Below, one piece after another: positions 37,623 through 47,870 of a DNA stretch of 64,000 nucleotides. Origin of the DNA: Bryobacterales bacterium (GTDB lineage: Bacteria; Acidobacteriota; Terriglobia; Bryobacterales; Bryobacteraceae); NCBI GenBank assembly GCA_963713415.1, contig CAVQLV010000004.1, positions 945,517 through 1,009,516 on the forward strand. Direction: 5' to 3'. Made by a program: the position numbers and the translations under genes. The notes below the pieces were generated by a model. It was given only the letters and a program-made list of their open reading frames with translations, was not told the origin of the DNA and did no database searches. Numbering within the stretch: the first letter of the stretch is position 1; every line of letters begins with the position of its first letter.

Positions 37623-38180
37623 TTGCCCGCCGGAATCGTCGTGACCCCCATGGAGGAGGTCAGAAGCACTCCACAGTCGGTGGTCGAAGCTGAGATCATC
37701 CGGTTGTTCGATGAGGTGCGGGTTCCTTTGATGCGCTATTTGTCGGCGTTCCCACTCAGTGTTTCCGACTCGGAAGACGTGATCCAGGAGGCATTTCTAT
37801 CGCTTTTCATGAACTTGCAGAAGGGAAACAAGCATGAAAATCTTCGAGGCTGGCTGTTTCGGGCGGCCCATCATCTGGCGTTGAAGAAGCGGCTGCGCTC
37901 GCGAAGCGATCCTGAGAACGGAGCATCTCTCGCCACAGTGGAGGCATTCGTGGCCGACCCCGGAATGAACCCCGAGGATCAGATGGCCTTCCGTCAGACC
38001 CAGCGGCGTCTGTTGTCGGTCGTGCGGGCTCTGCCAGAGCAGCATCGTTGGTGTCTTTACCTGAGGGCAGAAGGGCTGCGCTACCGTGAAATAGCCGAGA
38101 TTGTGGGTATCTCTCTCGGATCCGTTTCGATGTCGTTGGAGAGATCCCTGGCGCTGATCGCGCGGGCCGCGCAACGGTGA
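37623..38180 (+). CDS. ECF-type RNA polymerase sigma-70 factor
   Basis: Region 2 EDVIQEAFLSLF...LRGWLFRAAHHLALKKR and region 4 LPEQHRWCLYLRAEGLRYREIAEIVGISLGSVSMSLERS. Confidence 0.85.
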   Translation: MPAGIVVTPMEEVRSTPQSVVEAEIIRLFDEVRVPLMRYLSAFPLSVSDSEDVIQEAFLSLFMNLQKGNKHENLRGWLFRAAHHLALKKRLRSRSDPENGASLATVEAFVADPGMNPEDQMAFRQTQRRLLSVVRALPEQHRWCLYLRAEGLRYREIAEIVGISLGSVSMSLERSLALIARAAQR

Positions 38181-38986
38181 TTGTTATGTCGCATGAATTT
38201 CATTTGTCGGATCGAGAATTGCTAATGGCGGTAGATGGCGAACTCCCGGCGCGTGACGCCGAGCAGGTGGAATCCCATCTAGAGGCGTGCTGGGCGTGCC
38301 GGGCGCGTAAACAGGAGATGGAGGGCGCGATCGGGGAGTTTATCCGCTTCCAGCGGGGCAGCTTTGACAGCCTGGTTCCTCCCTCGGATGGCCCGCGAGC
38401 GCTGCTGAAGGCGCAGTTAGAGCGCTTGGCTGAAACCGAGGGTGAGGTGCGTCCGCGCTGGCTACGATCGCTTACGCGCCGCTTGAGCTGGGCGGCTGTC
38501 GCGGCGTTGTTGCTGGCGGGGAGCTCCGCCCTGGTTTTCCGCGCGTTGTCACCTCGGTTCGCCCCGCACGCGATGGCGGTGACGGTGCCCGATCCGGGTT
38601 TCACGCCGGGCGCCACGGTTCTTGAGGACCAGCGCGAGGTCTGCCGGGAGACGAGCGTCAATAACAAGCCCGTGCCGGTGGCGCTTCAGAGAAGAGTCTT
38701 CGCCGAATATGGAATCGGGTCGGTGCTCCCCGGCGCATACGAAGTGGATTACCTAATCACGCCGGGGCTCGGAGGCGCGGACGACATTCACAACCTCTGG
38801 CCCCAGTCCAGCCGGTCGACAGTCTGGAATGCTCAGGTGAAGGACGCTCTCGAGGATCATCTTCGCCATTTAGTTTGTGACGGACAACTGGACTTGGTCA
38901 CCGCGCAGCGCGACATTGCTGGCAACTGGATCGAGGCCTACAAGAAGTACTTTCACACGGACCGGCCGTTAGCCATCTCGCGTTAA
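38177..38986 (+). CDS. Anti-sigma factor (zf-HC2) with one TM helix and a periplasmic domain
   Basis: HLEACWACRARKQE (H-x3-C-x2-C). TM helix LSWAAVAALLLAGSSALVF. The GTG start overlaps the sigma gene stop (GTGA). Confidence 0.8.
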   Translation: MIVMSHEFHLSDRELLMAVDGELPARDAEQVESHLEACWACRARKQEMEGAIGEFIRFQRGSFDSLVPPSDGPRALLKAQLERLAETEGEVRPRWLRSLTRRLSWAAVAALLLAGSSALVFRALSPRFAPHAMAVTVPDPGFTPGATVLEDQREVCRETSVNNKPVPVALQRRVFAEYGIGSVLPGAYEVDYLITPGLGGADDIHNLWPQSSRSTVWNAQVKDALEDHLRHLVCDGQLDLVTAQRDIAGNWIEAYKKYFHTDRPLAISR

Positions 38987-39063
38987 TTGCGAGCCGGTGG
39001 GCTGCGGCCATATCTTCGCCGAAAAAACCTTGAACAAAATCGCCGCTGAGCGACCGTTCACAT

Positions 39064-41857
39064 ATGCAGACTTCGAAACCTCGCCGCTGGCGATCAACGG
39101 CTCAACGTGTCTGGCTGGGTGTCTGTTCCCTATTGTTCCTCGCTGTCGTCCACGCTCAACCGCCGCGCGGAGAAATCCGTCTCCAGGTCAACGATCCCTC
39201 CGGTGCTCCCATGACAGCTTCGGGAAGACTGGAAAATCTCGCTGCAGGCGTGGCGAGAGATTTTCAAACTGACGCGCAAGGGATGGCCAATCTGCCGGAT
39301 CTGCCATTCGGCCGCTACCGGCTCCTGGTTTCGAAATCCGGATTCACGACGCAATCCGTCTCCATTGACGTTCGGTCTACCACGGCAATCAAAAGCGTGA
39401 TTTCGATGGAAATCGGCGCGCAGACGGCTGCCGTGAGTGTGGTTTCGGAGACTCCCTTGGCGGGAACAGACTTGCAGATCGACCAAATTGCCGCACCCGT
39501 GCAGACCGCAACGGCCGCCGATATCGAGAATAGCGGCGCGCTCGATCTGAGCGATTTCCTGAATCGGGGGCTGAATGGCGTCTACATCAACGAAATGCAG
39601 GAAAACCCCTTTCAGCCGGACGTCAACTTTCGCGGGTATACGGCTTCGCCGCTTCTTGGCACGCCGGAAGGGATTTCGGTGTACGTGGATGGCGTACGGC
39701 AGAATCAGCCGTTTGGCGACGTCGTAAGCTGGGATCTGATCCCGAAAGATGCGATCTCGGAAATGGCGCTGATACCGGGATCGGATCCGCTGTACGGACT
39801 GAACACGCTGGGCGGAGCGATCTCGGTTACCACCAAGAGCGGACTCACCAATCCCGGATGGGCCGGTCATGTCCTGTATGGATCGAGCGGCCGCAAGGAA
39901 GTGGAAGGCGAGTGGGGCGGCGGCAAAGCCACTGGCTTCAACTGGTTTCTCTCGGGGCTCGGATTTCACGAATCGGGCTGGCGCTATGCCTCCCCGTCCG
40001 ATGTCCGCCAGGGATTCGCGCGGCTAGGCTGGCGCACCAACAAGACGGATCTCGCGCTGACCATGTCGTACGCCTACAACACGCTGCTCGGTAACGGCGT
40101 CCAGGATTACCGGCTGCTCGCCGCAAACTACACCAGCGGCTATTCGGTGTCCGATAGCACAGCCAATCGTTCCCCATCATTTAATTTCGTCGCGCGCCAT
40201 TCCTTTAGCGACAATCTCACCTTCACCGGCAACGCCTGGTATCGCAACATTCGAACGGAAACCATCAATCCTAACTTTAACGGCGACGTGGTAGGAAATG
40301 ACATCTATCAGCCCACGCCGGATGAACAGGCGGTTCTCGCCGCAGCCGGATATACGGGCTTTCCGACCAGCGGGGCTGACATCAACAACACCCCCTTTCC
40401 CTACTGGCCCTGCATTGCCGAAGCACTGACACCGGGAGGCAGTCCGGACAGCACGTGCGATGGCGTGAACGTCTATTCGAAAGAAGTGCAGAACGAATAC
40501 GGGTTTTCGGGGCAGTTCACCTGGATCACCAATCGCGGCATTGGGCGCAACCAATTCGCCGCCGGAGCGTCCCTTGACCGCAACAACATCACGTATTCGC
40601 AGACCACCGATTTTTCCTATGTTCTTCCGAACTACTCCTTCATCAGCGTTCCAGCCTGGCAGGACGGATCCACCGTGGATGGCGATGGCAATCCGATCGA
40701 TACTCAGGTAGGGTTCAAAGGTCACGCCCCGAACTGGAGCCTTTACTTCGCTGACACGCTCACGCTTTGGAAGAAGGTAAACGTGACTGTCTCCAGCCGG
40801 TACAACTACGACCGTGTCAATAATCTTGACCTGCTCAACCCAATCGCGGGCCCGGGCTCTCTCACCGGCGATTATACGTTCCAGCGCTTCAATCCCTCTG
40901 TCGGAATCACCTGGAGTCCGATCGCGAGCGTGAACGCCTACGCGAGATTCGCGCAAGGCAGCCGCGCGCCAACATCTATCGAGCTTGGCTGCGCCGATCC
41001 CGACGCTCCTTGCAGCTCTGCCGAACTCGCTGTCATCCGATCCCCCGCTCCAGCAGGTGGTCACCGATACCTGGGAGGTGGGGCTGCGCGGCAAGCCGGA
41101 GATTCCGGGACTTCACAATCTGAGCTGGAACGCCGGCGCATTCCGGGACGAGAATCACAACGACATTCTGTTCATCGCTGCGCCGGAAATCGGCACCGGT
41201 TATTTCCAGAATTTCGCGAAGACCTTGCGCGAAGGGGTTGACGCGGATCTGGACGGGCGCACAGGGCCCGTCACTTGGGGCTTCGATTGGACTTTTCTTT
41301 CGGCTACCTATCAAAGTGTCGAAACGCTGGATGGCTCCGCGAACAATACAAACAATGTTGCATTGCAGGGATATTCGGGACTCGACGGCAACATCACGGT
41401 GCATCCGGGAAATCGAATCCCCCTCATTCCGAAGCACACCGGGAAAGCGTATGCGATTTGGCAGGCAACTCACAGATTGATGTTCGAAATGAACGAAGTG
41501 ATTGCGTCGAGCTCGTACGCCAGAGGCAACGAAAACAATGCCTATACCGCGGACGGTGTTTATTACGTTGGGCCCGGCGTCTCGCCCGGCTACGCCGTCA
41601 CGAATTTCCGCGCCCACTATGACCTGACGCGCCACCTTCAAGTAGCGCTCCAGATCGACAATCTTTTCAACCACGAATACTACACCGCGGCGTGGCTCTC
41701 GGGTACCGTGTTGACGGCGCAAGGCGCGTTTCAATCCCTGCCGTTCCAGGCCTACACCGATGGACCATATGCGGGGAATGTTCCCTCCCAAAGCGTGACG
41801 TTTTTCGCGCCGGGTCCCCCCCGGCGGGCATGGGTGGAACTGAGAGTGAGATTCTAA
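39064..41857 (+). CDS. TonB-dependent receptor with a CarboxypepD_reg N-domain; one frameshift near 41010
   Basis: ORFs 39064..41241 and 40985..41857 join as ...SIELGCADPDAPCS / LPNSLSSDPPLQQVVTDTWEVGLRGK.... A single extra nucleotide between AGC and CTG explains the shift. The C-terminus is ...RRAWVELRVRF*. Confidence 0.85.
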
Positions 41858-41873
41858 TAGCTGTGGTTCACTT

Positions 41874-42872
41874 ATGCTTCGCGGTGTCCTGCTGATCGGT
41901 CTTGCATCGGCGGCTTGGTGGCCGGCCGTTGCCTGCCAGTGCGAAGCATCGTTCGGCGCGTGCAAAGAGGTTCGAGTGAGCGATCTGGTCTTTATCGGCG
42001 TGGTGCAGTCGATTCAGCCTCTCTTTCTGAGTCGCTGGTACGGCACGAACCAATCCGCCATGACTTCTCTTAACGACGCCTTCCTTCAGGCCCAGGAGCA
42101 TCCGTCGGCCGATTCGCTGCGCCAAGTCAAGGATGCATATCTCGCGACGTTTCCGCAATTGGATGAGCGGCAGAAAACATTGGTGGAAACCGCGGACAGC
42201 CTCCAGCAGATGACTTCTTTTTTCGATTCCTCGCTCGATCGCGGCATGCAGGTTCATTTCCAGGTCAAATCGCTCTACAAGCGCGAAGACGATGATGACG
42301 ACGCGGCAAACAAGACCGGCGGCAAAGACAAGAAGGACGACAACGATGACGACAAGAATAGTCCGCGGTTTCTTGATGTTTGGACCGCGGCTGGCGATTG
42401 CGGCTACGACTTCCAGCTCGGCGAAACCTATCTGGTGTATGCCAACAACGAAGAGGGCGCCGACTACTACTTCACCAGTAGTTGCATGAGGACCAAGCGT
42501 CTATCGGAAGCGGGCGAGGATTTGGGGTATCTCTATTTCTACAAAAACCAGCTGGACGCGTCGTCTAGGATCGAAGGATTTGCCACCAGCGACTTGAGAA
42601 ACCAAGCCATCGATCCGCTGCACGAACCTTCCGCGATCGGCTCACCAGTCAAGGATATCGTCGTTCAGTTGCAGTCGGATCGATTTACGCGATACGCCGA
42701 AACCGACACCACTGGCAGGTTCGTGTTCGACGGCTTGCCCAACGGGAGCTATCAGTTCTCTGCGTTCGCCCCCGGATACCCGAAGACGGACCGGTTGCTG
42801 GCTGGTCCGCGGCATCTAACCATGAAAGACAAAAGCTGCGTCCGGCAAGTTTTCGTATTGCCGAAACCATAA
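41874..42872 (+). CDS. Secreted TIMP/NTR-module-like protein with an acidic insert and a C-terminal CarboxypepD_reg-like domain
   Basis: Signal peptide ...WWPAVA, then CQCEASFGACKEVRVSDLVFIGVV (Cys-x-Cys at the predicted mature N-terminus). Later AAGDCGYDFQLGETYLVYANNEEGADYYFTSSCMRTKRL, which follows the TIMP N-domain layout. Insert KREDDDDDAANKTGGKDKKDDNDDDK. Tail TDTTGRFVFDGLPNGSYQFSAFAPGY. Confidence 0.6.
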   Translation: MLRGVLLIGLASAAWWPAVACQCEASFGACKEVRVSDLVFIGVVQSIQPLFLSRWYGTNQSAMTSLNDAFLQAQEHPSADSLRQVKDAYLATFPQLDERQKTLVETADSLQQMTSFFDSSLDRGMQVHFQVKSLYKREDDDDDAANKTGGKDKKDDNDDDKNSPRFLDVWTAAGDCGYDFQLGETYLVYANNEEGADYYFTSSCMRTKRLSEAGEDLGYLYFYKNQLDASSRIEGFATSDLRNQAIDPLHEPSAIGSPVKDIVVQLQSDRFTRYAETDTTGRFVFDGLPNGSYQFSAFAPGYPKTDRLLAGPRHLTMKDKSCVRQVFVLPKP

Positions 42873-42891
42873 TGGCAGAAGGAGAATTCGC

Positions 42892-44685
42892 GTGCCGAGA
42901 CCGAATCGTCTGAATTTGTGGCTCACAATTGCAATCGCGGTTGCCGCCTATGGCCAGACCCCGAAACGGATCGATGACAAGGCGCTGCGTAACGCATCCG
43001 AGAGCAAGGAGTGGTTGACGTACGGCGGCGATTACGCGGAAACCCACTATAGTCCGTTGAAGCAGATCGACGCCTCGAATGTCTCCCGGCTGGGGTTGGC
43101 ATGGTCTTGGGAGACCGAGTCACCCATGGGCGGCCGGGTGGAAGGAACGCCCTTGGAGTCGAACGGCGTGCTTTATGGGAGCCTGGCGTGGGATGTTATG
43201 TTCGCCGTGGATGCCCGCACGGGAAAAATGAAATGGCGCTGGGACCCGGAGATTGAGCGTAAACATATCTCGGAGATTTGTTGCGGTCCGGTGAATCGCG
43301 GAGTTGCCATTTATGACGGGAAGGTCTACGCCGGCTTACTGGACGGAAGGCTGGTGGCGCTGAATCAGGAAACCGGCAAACCGGTGTGGCAGGTTCAGAC
43401 CACCGATAATCCAGGGACGATTCTCACCTCAGCGGTGCGAGTCGTAAAGGGAAAAGTCATCGTGGGAACGAGCGGCGCTGAGCAGGCCGTGAGGGGCTAC
43501 TTCTCCGCGTACGACGCCGAAACCGGGGAAATGGCATGGCGATTCTATACTGTGCCGGGCGATCCTTCGAAACCCTTCGAACATCCTGAGCTTGCCATGG
43601 CGGCCAAGACCTGGACAGGCGAATGGTGGAAGATGGGCGGCGGGGGGACGGTGTGGGATTCGATGGCTTACGATCCCGATGCCGATATTCTCTACATCGG
43701 CACAGGCAATGGCGGACCGTGGGATCGCAATGTTCGGAGCCCGCTAGGCGGCGACAATTTGTTTCTGGGATCGGTAGTCGCGGTGAAGCCGGATACCGGC
43801 CGGATGGTCTGGTATTTCCAGGAAACACCGGGCGACACGTGGGATTACACGTCCACGCAGCCCATGATCCTGGCCGATCTTGCGATCAATGGCAAGCTGC
43901 GCAAGGTTTTGCTGCACGCGCCCAAGAATGGCTTCTTCTATGTCCTGGACCGGATCACCGGTGCGTTCATCTCCGGCGACAAGTACGTCAAGCGCGTCAC
44001 CTGGGCCACAGGCCTGGACAAGAACGGTCGGCCTATCGAAGCCGATGGAGCGCGCTGGGGCACCGATCCGGTGCTACTCTCGCCCGGTCCTGGGGGCGCT
44101 CACAATTGGCAGCCGATGTCGTTCAATCCGCTCACTGGATTGGTTTATATTCCAGGGCAGGAGAGCAGCGGAACCTATACGCCCGATCCGAATTTCGTCT
44201 TCCGTTACGGCTACCCCAACCTGGCTATGGCGATGGGATTGAATGGGCCGCGCACTCCCGACGGCCGGCTCACCCCCGGCGCTGCACCGCCAACACCGCG
44301 GAAACCGGCCAAGGAACCCGCTGGCGCCGAGAATCAGCCGAAAGCCACGGGCGGTTTCTTGCTGGCGTGGGACCCGGTGATTCGGAAAGAGCGCTGGCGC
44401 ATCCCAGGAGCCGGAGGCTTTGGCGGTGGCGGGACGCTGGCAAGCGCCGGCAATCTGGTGTTTCACGGAGCTACCGCGTACAACGCCGAGACCGGTGAGA
44501 AACTCTGGGATGGCAATATCGGCGGGCTTCCGGTGACACCAATTGCCTACATGCTGGACGGCAAGCAGTATGTGACGCTGATCGGCCGCGCATATCCGGG
44601 CAATCGGCTATTTGCTTTTGTGTTGGACGGCAACGCGCCCATGCCGCCGTTACCTTCCACAGATTCCTCTTCGGCGCAGAAGTGA
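42892..44685 (+). CDS. PQQ-dependent alcohol (methanol/ethanol family) dehydrogenase, Ca-type
   Basis: WLTYGGDYAETHYSPL, the vicinal disulfide ICCGPVNRG, W-repeat propeller motifs and GDTWDYTST. The residue two positions after the catalytic Asp is Thr, not the Asp I recall for lanthanide-dependent enzymes. Confidence 0.9.
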   Translation: MPRPNRLNLWLTIAIAVAAYGQTPKRIDDKALRNASESKEWLTYGGDYAETHYSPLKQIDASNVSRLGLAWSWETESPMGGRVEGTPLESNGVLYGSLAWDVMFAVDARTGKMKWRWDPEIERKHISEICCGPVNRGVAIYDGKVYAGLLDGRLVALNQETGKPVWQVQTTDNPGTILTSAVRVVKGKVIVGTSGAEQAVRGYFSAYDAETGEMAWRFYTVPGDPSKPFEHPELAMAAKTWTGEWWKMGGGGTVWDSMAYDPDADILYIGTGNGGPWDRNVRSPLGGDNLFLGSVVAVKPDTGRMVWYFQETPGDTWDYTSTQPMILADLAINGKLRKVLLHAPKNGFFYVLDRITGAFISGDKYVKRVTWATGLDKNGRPIEADGARWGTDPVLLSPGPGGAHNWQPMSFNPLTGLVYIPGQESSGTYTPDPNFVFRYGYPNLAMAMGLNGPRTPDGRLTPGAAPPTPRKPAKEPAGAENQPKATGGFLLAWDPVIRKERWRIPGAGGFGGGGTLASAGNLVFHGATAYNAETGEKLWDGNIGGLPVTPIAYMLDGKQYVTLIGRAYPGNRLFAFVLDGNAPMPPLPSTDSSSAQK

Positions 44686-45009
44686 GCTTGGCAAACTTCG
44701 GTTAAAGTAACAACGGATGCGTTTTGCCGCCGCGATACCAGCTTGCCTCACCTTGCTGCAGGCATTCTTTGTAGCGCCGTTTTAGCACGTGCATCCCGGC
44801 TCAGACCACGATCAGGGCGCGACGATCCACGCGCATTTCTACCACCTTGCGGCGCCGGGTAAGCAGCACACGGGCCCCGGGCTGGAAAATGCCGACGAGG
44901 ACAATCACGATGCGGTGTGGTCAGTCGATTTTTTACGCTTGTCCAGGCTGCCCCACTGACGCTTTCTGCTCCCGCCCACGCCCGCCTGCCTGCGCAGGCC
45001 TGCCGCGAT

Positions 45010-45719
45010 GTCAAAGGCGGATCGTCGTCATGTCGAACGTTCGGGGCCGCGACTTGGGAAGCTTCGTCGCTGAGGTCCGCTCGAAGATCGATCGCGACCT
45101 CGCACTGCCCACCGGCTACTTCATTGAATATGGCGAACAGTTCGAGAACCAGGAGCGCGCCACGCGGCGCTTGCTTTCGATCGTGCCGCTGGCAATCGCC
45201 CTGATCTTCGTACTCCTTTACCTGACGTTTGCCTCAGCCAGGCTTGCGTTGCTGGTGATAGCGAATTTGCCCTTTGCCTTGGTGGGCGGAATCGCGGCGC
45301 TTTCGATACGGGGGATGAACCTCAACCTTTCGGCATCCGTCGGGTTCAGCGCTCTCTTCGGAGTCGCGATGCTGAATGGCGTGCTGCTGGTGAGCTCCAT
45401 ACGTCAGCTCCATCAAACCGGCTCATCGTTCCACGACGCAGTGATTATGGGCGCCCAGCGGCGATTGCGTCCGGTTTTGATGACCGCCTGTGTCGCCAGC
45501 TTCGGATTCATTCCCATGGCACTGGCTACATCGACGGGAGCTGAAGTTCAGCGGCCCTTGGCGAGCGTGGTCATCGGCGGACTGGCGAGTTCCACGATGC
45601 TGACTCTGTTCCTGTTGCCGGTGCCGTTGACTGGCTTGGTTCGGGAAAATCTGCTCGGTCGCCTGTTGAGGGAGGGCTCGTCAATCCGGTTGTTACCGCT
45701 CATTAAGACCCGTCAGTAA
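45010..45719 (+). pseudogene. 3' fragment (last ~230 codons) of a second CzcA-family RND permease
   Basis: RRIVVMSNVRGRDLGSFVAEVRSKI...LSIVPLAIALIFVLLYLTF...MLNGVLLVSSIRQL...RLRPVLMTACVASFGFIPMALATSTGAEVQRPLASVVIGGL aligns to the C-terminal fifth of czcA (29959..33078). Nothing RND-like lies upstream of about 45010. Confidence 0.75.
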
Positions 45720-45768
45720 TCTGACTACACAGGTCACCGCTAGGTGTGGCCAATGGCACTCTCTGGCC

Positions 45769-46950
45769 TTACTCGATGCCTTTCTGAGAATTAATGATTT
45801 CCCTGTGAAAAGGGATCGAAATGTCAATCGGCATGCTGTCCATGGAGCGAACCCGCAACACCGCTTGATAGAAACGCGGAACATGGCCGTCGGGCGCCTT
45901 GAGTTTCGCAACCAACTGACGTGCCAGCATTGGATCGGTCAATGCCTTCACAGCAGCCAGCGTGCTGGAGATCTCGGTGCCAGCGAGATACAACACATCA
46001 CCTTTCTGATATATACCTGGCAGGTGACTGATGAGCGCCAAACTCTGGTATGTTTCGGAGCCTCCCTCCGGAGGCGGATGCGGAATGAACTGGGGTTCGC
46101 CTGCTTTCGGATGCGGGATTCGGATGCCGTCGCGTTCCCAGATGTATTGGCCGCTGGACCACACCGCCTGAATCGCTTTATTGTCGGAGCTTGAGCCCAG
46201 CACTACGACATTGTCCATCAGAAGTTCCGGCATCGAAAGCCATTCGCTCCGCGTCAGCAGCACGTTATCTTTCCGATTTGAAAGAAACTGTCCCAGCAAG
46301 AAGGATGCCGTGGCCGTCCCGGTCTGGGCGGCTCCCTCGGAGGACGTGAGACAAACCATCAGTGGACGATTCGTTTCGAGGATTGGCCCCCAGAGTTGCT
46401 GCAACTCGATCGGGAGATCGCTTATGCCAACGGGCGCGGCCGGTTGCACACGGCTTGACGCGGCCCCTCTGGATCGCCATAAGATCAGGCTCAAACTGAC
46501 CGTACACATAACGGTTACGATAAGAAGCGCCTTTAGTACTTTCTCGGGGCGCCAGGACTTCCGGACGACAGGATTTTCCGCGATTACCGCAACGACAGGC
46601 TCAAATGGGATGTTCCGGGGCTCAAACGTGACACGAAAGCCGCCTTTCGGGACATCGACGAAAATCGGATCTTCCTTCCCCTCCAACCTATAGTATTCGG
46701 CTAGTTTCTGACGCAACCGAGCAACATGCATTCGAACGACTGACTCTTGGCGGGGATCATAGGACTCGGGTTTTGCGAAGACGTCCAGGCCGATCGTGTA
46801 TTCCTTTAAACTATCCGCGTCACCCGCGAGCGATTTGCCGGCAAGGTATTGCAGAAGGTTACGATGAACTTCCGAAGTCCGAAACGACTTGCTTTGAAGG
46901 ATTCGATCAATCTGGGTCTGGCTCGCTTCCTGCGCTGATACCATCGACAA
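45769..46950 (-). CDS. CadC/OmpR-type winged-helix regulator with a single TM anchor and an extracytoplasmic domain
   Basis: SFRTSEVHRNLLQYLAGKS...LKEYTIGLDVFAKPESYDPRQESVVRMHVARLRQKLAEYY...DPIFVDVPKGGFRVTFE, followed by TM helix ALLIVTVMCTVSLSLILW. Confidence 0.7.
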   Translation of the reverse strand: MSMVSAQEASQTQIDRILQSKSFRTSEVHRNLLQYLAGKSLAGDADSLKEYTIGLDVFAKPESYDPRQESVVRMHVARLRQKLAEYYRLEGKEDPIFVDVPKGGFRVTFEPRNIPFEPVVAVIAENPVVRKSWRPEKVLKALLIVTVMCTVSLSLILWRSRGAASSRVQPAAPVGISDLPIELQQLWGPILETNRPLMVCLTSSEGAAQTGTATASFLLGQFLSNRKDNVLLTRSEWLSMPELLMDNVVVLGSSSDNKAIQAVWSSGQYIWERDGIRIPHPKAGEPQFIPHPPPEGGSETYQSLALISHLPGIYQKGDVLYLAGTEISSTLAAVKALTDPMLARQLVAKLKAPDGHVPRFYQAVLRVRSMDSMPIDISIPFHREIINSQKGIE

Positions 46951-46964
46951 CCATCATACGGCAA

Positions 46965-47807
46965 TCAGCCGAGTCCTGGTCCGAGGCGGCGCGGTCTGAT
47001 CTTGGGCCTGCGGGCCCTCTGCCGGTTCATTCGGACGAAGGCTATTTCCGATTCGGCGATCATTGCATCTGCCAGCATTTCCCGCCGGCGAGGGCGGCGC
47101 CGCAGGGTTGGTAGGATCGATCCGTTCCACCACATCAGCACCCCAGTGACGTAGAGAGTCGCCGGCGCTAGACCAGCGAGAATCCAAAGGACGCGGGTGA
47201 AGTTGCCTTCAAAGGTGCCGAAATGAAGCGGGTAGAGATCACGCGTGAAACGAATGGGCCACGAAAGGTCACGGTGGTAGTTGATGCGGGTCACTTGCCC
47301 GGTGTACTGGTCGATGTACACCAAATTATCTCCCGCCCTTCTCCAGTCTCCGGGCAGCATCCGTCGAAGTGAATAGGGCGCATCCTTCTGTTGGGGGAAA
47401 GTGAATAGTGTGGTTTCTCCAACTGGCAACGCGTGCACGGCAGTCGCATAGATCGCGTCCAGATTGATTCGGCGGCTTGCGCCGACTCGCGTCCGCGGCG
47501 CCAGGAGCACGGACGGTTTCCGCGCCGCCCAGCCGGCGATGGCCTCATAAGTCTTCGGGAAAGCAAAGTAGGCTCCGGTCACTGCGACGAACATCAGCAG
47601 CAGGCTCGCGAAGAACCCCGTAAGCCGGTGCAGGTCGTAATTCTTGCGCCGCCACCGCGCCCGCGACTCAAAGCGAAGGGCGGACCTCCAGTGCTTTACG
47701 CCGGGCCACCATACCACCAGCCCGGTGGATGCCAGAACCACCAGCAGAAGGGCGCCAATTCCATTTACAGTCTCGCCCCTTGGACGCAGTGGATCTACGA
47801 TCTTCAT
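46965..47807 (-). CDS. PepSY-associated TM-helix protein, probably 5'-truncated
   Basis: GALLLVVLASTGLVVWWPG...RKNYDLHRLTGFFASLLLMFVAVTGAYFAF...YPLHFGTFEGNFTRVLWILAGLAPATLYVTGVLMWW. The N-terminal TM1 + PepSY part expected for this family is absent. Only 63 nt separate it from the divergent oxidase gene. Confidence 0.65.
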   Translation of the reverse strand: MKIVDPLRPRGETVNGIGALLLVVLASTGLVVWWPGVKHWRSALRFESRARWRRKNYDLHRLTGFFASLLLMFVAVTGAYFAFPKTYEAIAGWAARKPSVLLAPRTRVGASRRINLDAIYATAVHALPVGETTLFTFPQQKDAPYSLRRMLPGDWRRAGDNLVYIDQYTGQVTRINYHRDLSWPIRFTRDLYPLHFGTFEGNFTRVLWILAGLAPATLYVTGVLMWWNGSILPTLRRRPRRREMLADAMIAESEIAFVRMNRQRARRPKIRPRRLGPGLG

Positions 47808-47870
47808 GTGCGTTTGCTATCGGGACCAAGCCGCGAACGAAGTTTCGAACATCCGATACGATGGGATCGA

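Noticed and set aside
39035-39063. ECF-type promoter (GAAC ... CGTT) upstream of the TBDR at 39064
   Set aside because: The spacer between AAC and CGT is 19 nt, longer than the 16-17 nt typical of ECF promoters, and the -10 element would sit only a few nt from the ATG.
39130-41965. Long minus-strand ORFs 39130..39969, 40177..41094 and 41033..41965
   Set aside because: They are antisense shadows of the TonB-dependent receptor 39064..41857. Their composition is Arg/Gly/Pro-rich, with no motifs.
42892-44685. Lanthanide-dependent (XoxF/PedH-type) PQQ dehydrogenase
   Set aside because: The diagnostic residue two positions after the catalytic Asp (W-D-Y-T) is Thr, not Asp. This is consistent with a Ca-dependent enzyme.
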